In this document: piece after piece, positions 9,558-19,061 of the stretch
How the letters are laid out: each line of letters begins with the position of its first letter
Position numbering within the stretch: the first letter of the stretch is position 1
Assembly (NCBI GenBank): GCA_963803925.1
Contig: CAWDOM010000013.1
Span: forward strand, 3,065-67,064
Origin: an uncultured Actinomycetota bacterium
GTDB lineage: Bacteria > Actinomycetota > Thermoleophilia > RBG-16-64-13
DNA: 64,000 nucleotides
Reading direction: 5' to 3'
The notes under the pieces: model-generated
Seen by the model: only the letters and a program-made list of their open reading frames with translations
Database searches by the model: none
What the model was told of the DNA's origin: nothing
Translations under genes and position numbers: made by a program

Positions 9558-10377
9558 TCGTCTGACTCCTGAAGCGGCGTGGGACGTCGTCATGCTGGCC
9601 CGCCATCAAGACCGGCCGCAGACTCTCGACTACATCGCTACGGCGCTGCCTGACTTTCTTCCGCTCAGCGGCGACAGGCTACACGGCGACGACAAGGCCA
9701 TCGTGGGGGGCATGGCTACCTTGGGCAAGTACCGCGTCATGTTGATCGGGCATCAGAAAGGTCACAGCCTCAAGGAGCGGCAGGAGCACAGCTTCGGCAT
9801 GACCCGGCCCGAGGGCTACCGCAAAGGCATGCGGCTCGCCCGGCTGGCGGAGAAGTTCGGACTGCCCGTGGTCACCCTGGTCGACACGCCGGGCGCCTAT
9901 CCGGGCAAGGATGCCGAGGAGGGCGGTCAGGCGGGAGCGATCGCCCGAAGCATCGAGACGTTCGCCACTCTCATGGTTCCCACTGTCACTGTCATCCTCG
10001 GTGAGGGTGGGTCCGGCGGCGCATTGGCCCTGGCTCTCGCCGATCGGGTGCTCATGCTCGAGAACTCCATCTACTCGGTCATCTCGCCTGAGGGGTGCGC
10101 CGCGCTGGTTTGGCGCGACGCCGCCGAGGGCCCGCGCGCGGCCGCGGCCTTGCGTGTCGGCGCCCGGGGTTTGTTCGACCTGGGACTGATCGACACGGTC
10201 GTCGACGAACCCGAAGGCGGCGCTCAGAACGACCACCAGCTGGCCGCCGCTCGGCTGCTGCAGGCGATCGAAGGGGCGTTGGACGAGATCGCGCCCCTGG
10301 ACGCCGGTGAGAGACTCAGCCTTCGGCACGAGAAGTACCTGAAGATGGGTCGCTACGCCACCGCGAACTCGAGGTAG
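9541..10377 (+). CDS. accA: Acetyl-CoA carboxylase carboxyltransferase alpha subunit
   Basis: FGMTRPEGYRKGMRLARLAEKFGLPVVTLVDTPGAYPG and GEGGSGGALA are present. GTG start overlaps accD. Confidence 0.9.
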   Translation: MGALADRLTPEAAWDVVMLARHQDRPQTLDYIATALPDFLPLSGDRLHGDDKAIVGGMATLGKYRVMLIGHQKGHSLKERQEHSFGMTRPEGYRKGMRLARLAEKFGLPVVTLVDTPGAYPGKDAEEGGQAGAIARSIETFATLMVPTVTVILGEGGSGGALALALADRVLMLENSIYSVISPEGCAALVWRDAAEGPRAAAALRVGARGLFDLGLIDTVVDEPEGGAQNDHQLAAARLLQAIEGALDEIAPLDAGERLSLRHEKYLKMGRYATANSR

Positions 10378-10865
10378 GGTCGCCAGGCATCGGGCACCGC
10401 CCTCTGGGCGGCAAGGACGAAATCACCAGGGGCCGGCGGCCTTGGCATGCGCGAAGGCGCCATGCCAACTTCAGAAGGCAGGCTTGCGCCCTTCCGTACG
10501 TTGCACGCCGCGCACGAGGTGACCATGTTGTCCCAGGAACTGGCTCCCCCGCGAGAGCGCGGCACCACGTGGTCGAGGGTCAAATGCCGGGTGCTACCGC
10601 AGTACTGGCAGAGGTAACCATCCCGGGCGAGGATCGCCCGCCGGGAGAGGCGCCGTCCCTCAGGACGGGGCACCTGAGCGTACTCGTTGAGACGGATGAC
10701 GACAGGCGCGGGATACGAGATCCTCTCCGAATGGATCTGGTTCGCCGCCGTCTCCAGGCTGACCGCCTTGCCTTTCAGCAGCAGAACCAAGGCCCGGCGA
10801 GTGGTACACACATTGACCGGTTCGTAGGTAGAGTTCAATACCAATACCTGACGAAACATGCTCAT
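10353..10865 (-). CDS. HNH endonuclease
   Basis: CQYCG...LTLDHVVPRSRGG...NMVTSCAACNVRK (HNH/Zn motif). The 3' end overlaps accA convergently by 25 nt. Confidence 0.8.
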   Translation of the reverse strand: MSMFRQVLVLNSTYEPVNVCTTRRALVLLLKGKAVSLETAANQIHSERISYPAPVVIRLNEYAQVPRPEGRRLSRRAILARDGYLCQYCGSTRHLTLDHVVPRSRGGASSWDNMVTSCAACNVRKGASLPSEVGMAPSRMPRPPAPGDFVLAAQRAVPDAWRPYLEFAVA

Positions 10866-10910
10866 CCCCCGGTGCGGCAGTTTGACCTATTGTAGCTGTA
10901 AAATCCTGTC

Positions 10911-12239
10911 ATGGAGCATGAGGACCTTTTCGGAGCCGGCCTGAAGGCCGATCTCTCGGCCAACGCGCCGCTTGCCGCGCGAATGCGGCCCATGCGTCTG
11001 AGCGACGTGGTGGGCCAGGATCACCTTCTCGGCGAGGGGGCCTCCCTGCGGGTAGCCATCGACACGGGCACCTTGGGCTCCATGATCTTCTTCGGGCCCC
11101 CGGGCACGGGGAAGACGACAGTGGCGCGCCTGGTGGCTGCCGATACCGGGTCTTCGTTCGAGGAGTTGTCGGCGGTCAGTTCAGGGGTCGCCGAAGTGCG
11201 AAAGGTCATCGACAGGGCGCGCGACCGCCGGGCGCAGACCCGTCGGCGTACGATTCTGTTCATCGACGAGGTGCACCGCTTCTCGAAGGCTCAACAAGAC
11301 GCTCTGCTGCACGCGGTGGAAGACGGCATCATCACGCTTATCGGAGCCTCCACCGAGAATCCCTACTTCGAGGTCATACCTGCGTTGATATCGCGGAGTG
11401 AGATCTACCAGTTCAGGTTGCTTTCGCGGGAAGACATCCGCACGCTGCTTGATCGCGTTGTCGCCGGTTCCGATCCGCCCGTTCCCGAAGACGTGCGCGA
11501 CCTCATCGCCGGTAGCGCCCTGGGAGACGCCCGTCGCGCTTACGGCATTCTGGAGCGGGCGTTGGTGCTGGCGAAGGCGAAGAAGATGGCGGCTCTCGAT
11601 GTGGGCACCGTCGAAGAGGCCGCGCAGCGGAAGCTGGTGCTGTACGACAAGGGCGCCGACGCTCACTACGACGTTATCTCGGCCTTCATCAAGAGCCTCC
11701 GGGGATCCGATCCCGACGCGGCTCTCTACTACCTCGCGGTCATGCTCACCGCCGGCGAAGATCCCAAGTTCATTGCCCGCCGTATGGTCATCTTCGCCTC
11801 GGAGGACATCGGCAACGCCGACCCCCGGGCTCTCGATGTCGCGGTGGCGGTGTCGCGGGCTGTCGAGTTTGTCGGTCTGCCCGAGTGCCGCATCAACCTG
11901 GCCCACGGGGTGACCTATCTGAGTTGCGCCCCCAAGTCGAACGCCTCGTATGCGGCCCTCGAGGAGGCTATGGGCCACGTGCGCGAGCACGGGGCCCAGG
12001 AGCCCCCGGTCGTTCTGAGGAGCACGGGCTACCGAGGGGCCAAGGAACTCGGCCATGGTGTCGGCTACGAGTATCCACACGGCAGCGGCGGATACGTCGG
12101 TCAGAGACACTTGCCCGAAGGTCTTGAGGACCTGGAGTTCTACAATCCGACCGACAACGGCGAAGAGGCGCGGATGCGGCGCTTTCTCGAGCAGATGCGA
12201 CGCATGCGCAAAGGAGATACGCCCAACGCGCAAACTTAG
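10911..12239 (+). CDS. rarA: Replication-associated recombination protein A (MgsA/RarA AAA+ ATPase)
   Basis: Walker A GPPGTGKTT, Walker B ILFIDEVHRF and the MgsA C-terminal motifs DAALYYLAVML and FASEDIGNADP. Confidence 0.9.
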   Translation: MEHEDLFGAGLKADLSANAPLAARMRPMRLSDVVGQDHLLGEGASLRVAIDTGTLGSMIFFGPPGTGKTTVARLVAADTGSSFEELSAVSSGVAEVRKVIDRARDRRAQTRRRTILFIDEVHRFSKAQQDALLHAVEDGIITLIGASTENPYFEVIPALISRSEIYQFRLLSREDIRTLLDRVVAGSDPPVPEDVRDLIAGSALGDARRAYGILERALVLAKAKKMAALDVGTVEEAAQRKLVLYDKGADAHYDVISAFIKSLRGSDPDAALYYLAVMLTAGEDPKFIARRMVIFASEDIGNADPRALDVAVAVSRAVEFVGLPECRINLAHGVTYLSCAPKSNASYAALEEAMGHVREHGAQEPPVVLRSTGYRGAKELGHGVGYEYPHGSGGYVGQRHLPEGLEDLEFYNPTDNGEEARMRRFLEQMRRMRKGDTPNAQT

Positions 12240-12423
12240 TCGCGGTCAAGACAATCATGCGAAGAGCCGATAGACCTGATACCAGGACCTACGTCTCTCA
12301 GCGAGAATTCATGTCAGACGAGTTCGGTTGTCGTTTGGCGCGGGCTTCAACTATAGGCGTACAATCAGTCTGGCCAGGGGCTGGCCGGCGAAGATATGAA
12401 AGGGCCCAAGGAGGGGAATCGCG

Positions 12424-14520
12424 ATGGATGGTACTGCTAGATTCCTTCTAGGAGGTGCGCTAGGGGCAGCCCTGGGGTATCTCCTGTCACAGAAGAACGT
12501 ACAGAAAGCCCTGCAGACCGCCATCGCTCCCGCGGGCGAGGCCGGGGAGATAGCCGCCGACTCGCTGCCGGCCGCCTCGCCGGTGGCCGAGCCTGAGCCG
12601 GCCCGCGTAGCCGTCCAAGTCGCTCCCGCCGTCGGCGTCGCCGAACCACCCACCTTCGTGGACGCCGCTCCGCCGGTAGCCGGCGAGGTTGAAGAGATTC
12701 TTGAGGCAGAGGCTCCCGCCGTGGCTGAGACCCCGCTCTACGAAGAACCCCCGGCAGTCGAGACACCGCGGTGGGAGGCGCCACTCGCAGAGACCAAGGC
12801 GGTTGCCGGGGAGGCCGAAGTCGTTCCGTCGCCTACGTGGGACCTTCCCGTCGCGGGCATGCTGGCTGCCGTCGAAGCGCCTTCGGAGCCACCCCACTGG
12901 GAGCTGGCCGCACCCCCGGCGGCGCCCGCCGTCGAGGACGTGGTGGTGGAGCCCCCGACCTGGGATCTGCCGGTTCGCGAGGTGCCGAAGGCCGTCGACG
13001 AAATCGAAGCCGAACCGCCCTCGTGGGAACCTCCCGCTGTCAAAGAAGCCCCGGTCGTCGATGAGGCGCCGATGGTGGCAGAAGCGGCCGAACCGTTCTC
13101 TGCGCCCGAACCGCCGGTCTTCGCCGAACCGCCCGCCGACGAGGTATCGCTCACCGAGATGCCCGCCGCGGCGGCTCCCACGTGGGATTTGCCTGCTGAC
13201 GCCGCGGCCCCTGTTTGGGACCTGCCTGTCATCGAAGAACCGCCCTTGATCGAGGCCCCCGCGGAGGACGCGCTGGCCTTCGAAATGCCGGCAGCGGCCG
13301 AGGTGGACGAACTGCTGACGATCGAACCGCCGGCGATGGTCGAGCCTCCGCTGTACGAAGAGCCGCCGGTCATCGGGGAGACCGCGGTCGCCGGAGAGGC
13401 TTCTGACGAGCAGAAGCCAGCGGTGGATTCTGACTTTGGCTGGGATTTCGCTCCGCCCGAATCCAGTTTCTCGCTTCCTATGACGGTCGAACTGCCCGTG
13501 GTCGAGCTACCGGTCGAAGGCGAGGCGGAAGTAGTCGACGATACGGCTGAGATCCCGGTCGTGGAGGAAATGGACTCCGGGATCCCCCTGGCGGAGGCCC
13601 CCCTCGATGAGACTCTTGTCGTGGAATTCCCCGTCGCCGAGACGTTCGGCATCGCGACGCCACCCGTCGAGATGCCCGTTGTCGAAATGCCGGTGCTCGA
13701 GGAGATCGACGAGGCTCCTGCCGCCGAGGTTTCCTTCTTCGAAGCTCCGGTGTTGGAGCAGGTCGGCGAGGAGTACGTGATCGAGGCGCCGCCGTTGGAG
13801 ATTCAGGTGGTCGAACTGGCCGATACGAAGGCCGGCGGCCCGGCTGTCGACGATCTCAAGGCCCGCATCGAGGAGACCCGGCGTCGTATTCGGCGTGAGC
13901 TCGAGCAGCCGTTCATCTCAAGAGCACCCGAAACCCCTGTCGCCGACTGGACCATCAGCCCGGCTGTGCCGATCTTCGCACCCCCACCGGTCGAGACTGA
14001 GGCGCCGGTCGACTTCGCGCCACCTGTTGAATACGAGCCGCCGGTCGCGCAGTTCGTCCCCGTCGACCTCGAACCAGCTGTCGATCTCGCGACGCCGGTC
14101 GAGATGGAAGAGCCCGTCGCCGATCTGGCGCCTGCTGCCGACCTCGAACCGGTTGTCGATCTCGCCCCATCGCCCGCGGTCGAGCTACCCGAAGAGACGC
14201 CGCCCGAGGTCGAACTCGGTCCGGCTCCCGAAGAGGAAGCGCCGCAGCCCGCATCTCTGGAAGAGGTGTTCGACGACGTGGGCGACGAACCCGCACCCGA
14301 CGTGGCTGTCTCCGAAGAGCCGATCGATTACGATGCCATGAAGAGCCGCATCGAGATGACACGGAGCCGGCTGAAAGCGAAGGCCTTCGACGCGATGATG
14401 TCGGGCGAGTCGGCCCTCCTCGGGCGCGACCCCGCGAACTTCGAGCGCAAGAAGGTCGTGCCGAAGGTCGACAGCGAGGTCAATGACACCATCGAGACAA
14501 GTCTCCGCGAAGAGGAGTAG
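12424..14520 (+). CDS. Acidic Pro/Glu/Ala/Val-rich repeat protein with an N-terminal YtxH-like helix and C-terminal amphipathic helices
   Basis: 698-aa ORF with an AAGGAGGGG SD. N-terminus is FLLGGALGAALGYLL. About 8 copies of P-x-W-[DE]-x-P (e.g. PTWDLPV), later VVE[LM]PV and DLEPxVDLAP repeats. Confidence 0.6.
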   Translation: MDGTARFLLGGALGAALGYLLSQKNVQKALQTAIAPAGEAGEIAADSLPAASPVAEPEPARVAVQVAPAVGVAEPPTFVDAAPPVAGEVEEILEAEAPAVAETPLYEEPPAVETPRWEAPLAETKAVAGEAEVVPSPTWDLPVAGMLAAVEAPSEPPHWELAAPPAAPAVEDVVVEPPTWDLPVREVPKAVDEIEAEPPSWEPPAVKEAPVVDEAPMVAEAAEPFSAPEPPVFAEPPADEVSLTEMPAAAAPTWDLPADAAAPVWDLPVIEEPPLIEAPAEDALAFEMPAAAEVDELLTIEPPAMVEPPLYEEPPVIGETAVAGEASDEQKPAVDSDFGWDFAPPESSFSLPMTVELPVVELPVEGEAEVVDDTAEIPVVEEMDSGIPLAEAPLDETLVVEFPVAETFGIATPPVEMPVVEMPVLEEIDEAPAAEVSFFEAPVLEQVGEEYVIEAPPLEIQVVELADTKAGGPAVDDLKARIEETRRRIRRELEQPFISRAPETPVADWTISPAVPIFAPPPVETEAPVDFAPPVEYEPPVAQFVPVDLEPAVDLATPVEMEEPVADLAPAADLEPVVDLAPSPAVELPEETPPEVELGPAPEEEAPQPASLEEVFDDVGDEPAPDVAVSEEPIDYDAMKSRIEMTRSRLKAKAFDAMMSGESALLGRDPANFERKKVVPKVDSEVNDTIETSLREEE

Positions 14521-14532
14521 CGCACCGCCCGG

Positions 14533-15594
14533 CTAGGCGGACCGGCTGCTCTCGTCATCGGAGGGAGGCAAGAAGTCCTCTTCTTGGTGGGTCGCCCGGG
14601 GCACGTGGAGCGGTCTGCGGAAGAGGTTTCGCAGGTCTGTCCAACCCGCGTCGCGAGAGCCCTCGACGATCTCCAAGAAGCCCTTGACCTTGGCATCGAG
14701 GTTGTCAACGTGGTGCAGTACCAATGCTTCGATAGTGTTCGGGCGCTTCGGCGACCCCCACTCGAGTTCGCCGTGGTGGCTGATGATGCAATGAAGCAGC
14801 AGCTGCAGCTTAGCCTGGGGGAACGACCTTAGCTCCTTGGCCTTCTCGGAGACCAGCAGGACGCCCTGGGTGACATGGCCGAGGAAGTGTCCTTCGTCGG
14901 TGAAATCTATGGAAGTCTCGAACGAGAGCTCACGGATCTTGCCGACGTCGTGCAACAAAGCGGCCGTAAGGAGCAGGTCGCGGTCTACACGGCCGTACTG
15001 CTGTCCGACGAAGTCGCACATCTCGGCTACCGCCACCGTGTGTTCCATGAGGCCGCTCAGGTATGCGTGATGGTAAACCTTGGCGGCTGGCGCGGCGGTG
15101 AAGCGCTCGTAGAACTCCGGATCGTCGAACAGGGCATGCAGCAAAGCGGAGAAATCTCGGTCGGTGACCGAATCGAGGTGAAACTGCAGGAACCCCTTCA
15201 GCTCATCGACATCACGATAGGTGACGGGCAAGAAGTCGCGCGGATTCGCCGACCCGGAGGGCGGGCAGACCACTCGCGACGCCTCCAATTGAGCCCGGCC
15301 CTGATATTCGGTGACCCGGGCGGCGATGGCGACGAGATCGCCGGACTTGAGGCTCGACTCCATGGTCTCGACCTCCCAGACTGTGCAGTCGACCGAACCG
15401 GTGCGGTCGGATAGGCGCAACTTGTAGAAGGGCTTGCCGGCCTTCGTCTGCCGCGTCTCTTTGCCCGCCAGAAGGTAGATACCTTCGACCGTCCGGCCGG
15501 GGGTGAGGTCGCGCACGGCCACGCGCGTCTGCCGCGGTGTTTTCGCAGCATCGGCGCCATGACAGGCTCCCAAGTCGAGTTGATCGTCGTTCAC
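14533..15594 (-). CDS. OB-fold + HD-domain nuclease (YhaM-like 3'-5' exoribonuclease family)
   Basis: N-terminal OB fold (GKPFYKLRLSDRTGSVDCTVW) followed by an HD domain (LLHDVGK...ISHHGELEWGSP). Confidence 0.7.
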   Translation of the reverse strand: MNDDQLDLGACHGADAAKTPRQTRVAVRDLTPGRTVEGIYLLAGKETRQTKAGKPFYKLRLSDRTGSVDCTVWEVETMESSLKSGDLVAIAARVTEYQGRAQLEASRVVCPPSGSANPRDFLPVTYRDVDELKGFLQFHLDSVTDRDFSALLHALFDDPEFYERFTAAPAAKVYHHAYLSGLMEHTVAVAEMCDFVGQQYGRVDRDLLLTAALLHDVGKIRELSFETSIDFTDEGHFLGHVTQGVLLVSEKAKELRSFPQAKLQLLLHCIISHHGELEWGSPKRPNTIEALVLHHVDNLDAKVKGFLEIVEGSRDAGWTDLRNLFRRPLHVPRATHQEEDFLPPSDDESSRSA

Positions 15595-15685
15595 AGGACC
15601 CTCACTTGCACACTCATGTCAGCGAGGTCATTGTACCCGAGCGGCCGGACGGGTTTCCGTTCGGGCCGCCACCGCTGCGAGTGGG

Positions 15686-17269
15686 TCAATGGGGCAGGAA
15701 CGGTAGGCGACTCGTGCCGCGGGCCTTGTGCTTGTACAAGAAGAGGGCAGGTACTATCGCCATGCCGATGACGATGGCGGCGATGAGGAAGAACTCGCCG
15801 AACACGTCGTGCGCCGCGACTTTCGTGGCTGCCGAGGCCGCATCTTTCAGGGCCTGCCACTCCGCGTCGCTAAGACCCTCGGGCCGGATGATCGGCGTGG
15901 TGATGTCGGCCGCGAGGGTGTTGAAGCGCCGCACCGCCCACGAACTCAGGGCCGATAGGCCGACGACCATGCCGACCATGCGTGAGACCGTCACCAGGGC
16001 CGAGCCGGTGGCCATCCACCGAGGACCCGCTGAAGAAGTCACGCTTGCTCCGATAGGACCGATGACGAGACCGAATCCCAGGCCACTGATGATGAGGTCG
16101 CGGGTCAATTGAACCTGGCTGGGGTCGAGTGGCCAACGGCTGACGAGCAGGTAACCCCCCGCGGCGATCATGAAGCCCAAGACCGCGGTGATACGGTAGC
16201 CAAGCAGGTCAGCCATCCATCCACCAAGGACCGCTCCCACCGGGATCATCAAGGTGAACCTGATAAGGAGCAATCCGCCCTCGATCTCGGTCATTCCAAA
16301 AAGGGTATAGGCGTAGAGCGGAATCTCGACCATGCCGATGATCAAAGCCGCCCCTACCAGTAGATGCGCGATGTTGGCGGCCGCGAACGCGGGTCGTTTG
16401 AAGAAGCCCAGCCACACGAGCGGTCGCTCGTGCTTGCGTTCGTAGAGGATGAAGGCTACGAAGCAGACGCCTGCCCCCGCGAGCCAGGGCCACTTGACCG
16501 GGGTGGCCGCCTGGGCGCTGCTGGCGTCGATGGTCTGAGTACCGGTACCGAGACCGATCGTGATGCCGGCCAGGGCCAGCGCCATCATCAGAGCTCCCAA
16601 GTAGTCGACCCGTCCGCGCTGCCACCAGCGCAGCCTGCGAGCCGGGCGGTCTCCAGGCATCTGGTCGGTCTCCGATTGCCCGTCGTGGGTCGGCGCCATA
16701 TCAGGCTGCACCGAAGCCGCATAGCCAAGCCCCGGTCTGAGTAGGTACCACGTGGCGGCCATGAGGATCAGGCAGAGCGGGATGTTCACGAGGAAGATCA
16801 GACGCCAACTCCACAGGGCGGTAAGGCCCGCTCCATAGATGGGCCCGAGCACCCCACCCGCCTCGGCCGCCCCGCCGATGATGCCCAGCACCAACGCCCG
16901 TCTGCCCGGCGGGAACATGTCCGCGGCCGCCGCCATGGCGATGGGCACGAGAGCTCCACCTCCAGCGGCTTGGACGACGCGGGCGGCGACGAAGAGCCCG
17001 AGGTGCGACAGCATCACACAGAAGGCGCTGCCAACGAGAAAGAGAAGCAAGGCCACCATCGCCATCGGGCGGCGACCCCACACGTCGGCCAACCGTCCGA
17101 AGAGGGGCATGGCAACGGTATAGCCCAGAAGGTATCCGGTTATTATCCAGCCGGCATCGTTGAGGTCGCGCACGCTGATGTAGAACGACCGCATGATCGA
17201 AGGCATGACCGTGAGCACCATGGTCTGGTCGAGGGCGGCCACGAAGACGCCGATGCACAACACCACCAT
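15686..17269 (-). CDS. MFS transporter, 14-TMS DHA2-like
   Basis: 527 aa, with LDQTMV in TM1 and GRLADVWGRRP (MFS motif A). It lies directly downstream of an LprG-like lipoprotein gene. The N-terminus may be longer, but I found no in-frame start. Confidence 0.8.
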   Translation of the reverse strand: MVVLCIGVFVAALDQTMVLTVMPSIMRSFYISVRDLNDAGWIITGYLLGYTVAMPLFGRLADVWGRRPMAMVALLLFLVGSAFCVMLSHLGLFVAARVVQAAGGGALVPIAMAAAADMFPPGRRALVLGIIGGAAEAGGVLGPIYGAGLTALWSWRLIFLVNIPLCLILMAATWYLLRPGLGYAASVQPDMAPTHDGQSETDQMPGDRPARRLRWWQRGRVDYLGALMMALALAGITIGLGTGTQTIDASSAQAATPVKWPWLAGAGVCFVAFILYERKHERPLVWLGFFKRPAFAAANIAHLLVGAALIIGMVEIPLYAYTLFGMTEIEGGLLLIRFTLMIPVGAVLGGWMADLLGYRITAVLGFMIAAGGYLLVSRWPLDPSQVQLTRDLIISGLGFGLVIGPIGASVTSSAGPRWMATGSALVTVSRMVGMVVGLSALSSWAVRRFNTLAADITTPIIRPEGLSDAEWQALKDAASAATKVAAHDVFGEFFLIAAIVIGMAIVPALFLYKHKARGTSRLPFLPH

Positions 17270-17337
17270 GGCGAGAGCCGTACGGCGAGAGACTTTGGGC
17301 TGTGCGGCCTGCTTTTCGGCCGTCTGTGGGTTCGCGG

Positions 17338-18075
17338 CTATTTCGGCGCCTCGACGGTCACGGCCTTGTCGAGATCGGAGAGGACTATGCTGCGCCAGTA
17401 GTCCTTGGTCTCCTCTTGAGTGGCGGCGCCGTAGATATCGACCTCATACACCAGACTGTCGCCCACACCGATCCAGATGTCGGTGGGAAAGGAGTCGGTG
17501 ACGCCCAGGTCCACCAGGCCGGCGATCGCCTTCACCTCGTCGTCAGCAATTTGCCCCTTGATGTGGTGGGTCTTGGCGCCGCCTTTGCCTTCTTCGCCAG
17601 CATACGACACGCTACTGATCTGATCGAGGATGCGGATGGTGCCCGCGTTGAGACTCAACTTGCCGACTGGACTGGAAGCGGCATCCATCGAGGTCCACTT
17701 CTGCGAGATGGGGTCTTGGATGTAGTACGTGTCACCCAGGGCGACCACGCCGACCTGCACCGGCAGCCCGCCATAGGTGGCATCGATGACGGCCTTCATG
17801 TCGCCCGCCGCATTGACGTCGCCGGTCATGCGTCCTATCTCGAGTCCGCTGCCGGGCCGGGCACTCTGGGGCTTGTGCACCTCATAGACGAAGTGAAAAC
17901 CCTTGATCGCCTTCATCTTGGCCGCCGAATCGGCGAGGACCTTCTGTGCATCGACGACGCCGCCGGAGGAACCACACCCAGGGAAGAAGAGCAAGGCGGC
18001 GAAGAGTACGGCAAGGAGCGCGACTCCGGTCGCTATCCTCGGGCTCTTGTGTCTCCGGCATTCCATGAGCCTCAT
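17338..18075 (-). CDS. LppX/LprAFG-family lipid-binding lipoprotein
   Basis: Signal peptide with lipobox LLFFPGCGSS. Size and pairing with the MFS gene resemble the actinobacterial lprG-p55 arrangement. The start is ambiguous (18102 TTG, 18075 or 18066 ATG). Confidence 0.65.
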   Translation of the reverse strand: MRLMECRRHKSPRIATGVALLAVLFAALLFFPGCGSSGGVVDAQKVLADSAAKMKAIKGFHFVYEVHKPQSARPGSGLEIGRMTGDVNAAGDMKAVIDATYGGLPVQVGVVALGDTYYIQDPISQKWTSMDAASSPVGKLSLNAGTIRILDQISSVSYAGEEGKGGAKTHHIKGQIADDEVKAIAGLVDLGVTDSFPTDIWIGVGDSLVYEVDIYGAATQEETKDYWRSIVLSDLDKAVTVEAPK

Positions 18076-18220
18076 TATGAAGCCAAGTGATGAGGTGCAC
18101 AAGCAAGGTCCTGGGCGAGCCGAAGACGCGGGAGGACGCCGTGCCTGATTTGACGAATCGAGGGCGAGTCCTTGCTACAATGAGAGTCGAGAGTGGCAGT
18201 GTCTCCCGGTCTCAGAGGGG

Positions 18221-18700
18221 ATGTCGATGACGCCCGAAAACCGACACGCACATCCAAATTACGCCTCGGGTGAGGACTACATCCTCGAGTTCCGCAGTTT
18301 CAGGTACGGCTTCAACAGCATCGACTTCGCCCAGAGGGTGGAGATGGCGGCTGTGGAGCTGGGCCTTGTCGAGTCGGTGATGCTCCACCAGGACGAATGC
18401 GCCGACCTAGTGCAGTTGGTCGCCGGTGGCAGCATCGGGTTCCCCGTGAGTTCCCTGGGCGAGTATCTGCTGTCGCGTGGCGACGAGGTACTTAGCCTGA
18501 ACGGCGAATGCCTCGTTTACTGGCTGCGAGAGCTGGTGTTCCGCAGTGCCTGGCTGGATCTTAGGCTCATAGAGGGGCAGCTCGAGGTGGCGTTCGACGA
18601 CGAGACAGGGTCGTTCGCCTATTTCCCGACTGGTCACCGCTCTCGGAGGATCGGTCCTCCCCCGCATCCGTCCTGGCGCGAGGTGGCATACACGCGCTGA
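18221..18700 (+). CDS. Hypothetical protein (159 aa)
   Basis: Clean ORF in the expected GC3-rich frame. No motif recognised. Confidence 0.4.
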   Translation: MSMTPENRHAHPNYASGEDYILEFRSFRYGFNSIDFAQRVEMAAVELGLVESVMLHQDECADLVQLVAGGSIGFPVSSLGEYLLSRGDEVLSLNGECLVYWLRELVFRSAWLDLRLIEGQLEVAFDDETGSFAYFPTGHRSRRIGPPPHPSWREVAYTR

Positions 18701-18708
18701 GCGGTGCT

Positions 18709-19050
18709 GTGACCAACCGCTCGCTGCAGTCTCTGAGGCTCGATCTCAAGCGGGTCTTCACTGCGTACATGCTTGCTCTGGGTTCGCCCGGCATCGCTGA
18801 TCCCACCCACGCGTTCACGGCTTCATACGACTACCTGTCGGCCCTGCTCAACAACGTGGGAGTCGAGGGATTCTTGCACCGGCTCGACGACGAGACCACG
18901 CACCTTGCCGGCGAGACACACCAGGACCTGCGCCAACGCCTAAGGGGCGGCCCCCTCGCAATCGAGTACGTCGAGCTCGAAGACCGTCTGCGCGAGTGCT
19001 TCGGGTACGCGTTGGGCCGGCTTGACGCGCGCCTTACCCAACCCCTGTAG
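18709..19050 (+). CDS. Hypothetical protein (113 aa, GTG start)
   Basis: Follows the previous ORF by 8 nt. No motif recognised. Confidence 0.4.
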   Translation: MTNRSLQSLRLDLKRVFTAYMLALGSPGIADPTHAFTASYDYLSALLNNVGVEGFLHRLDDETTHLAGETHQDLRQRLRGGPLAIEYVELEDRLRECFGYALGRLDARLTQPL

Positions 19051-19061
19051 AATACCGGCCC

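Noticed and set aside
12600-14300. Repetitive DNA in the acidic-protein gene as a possible tandem repeat or CRISPR-like array
   Set aside because: The repeats are short, imperfect and in frame within one long ORF. This is coding low complexity, not a spacer-repeat architecture.
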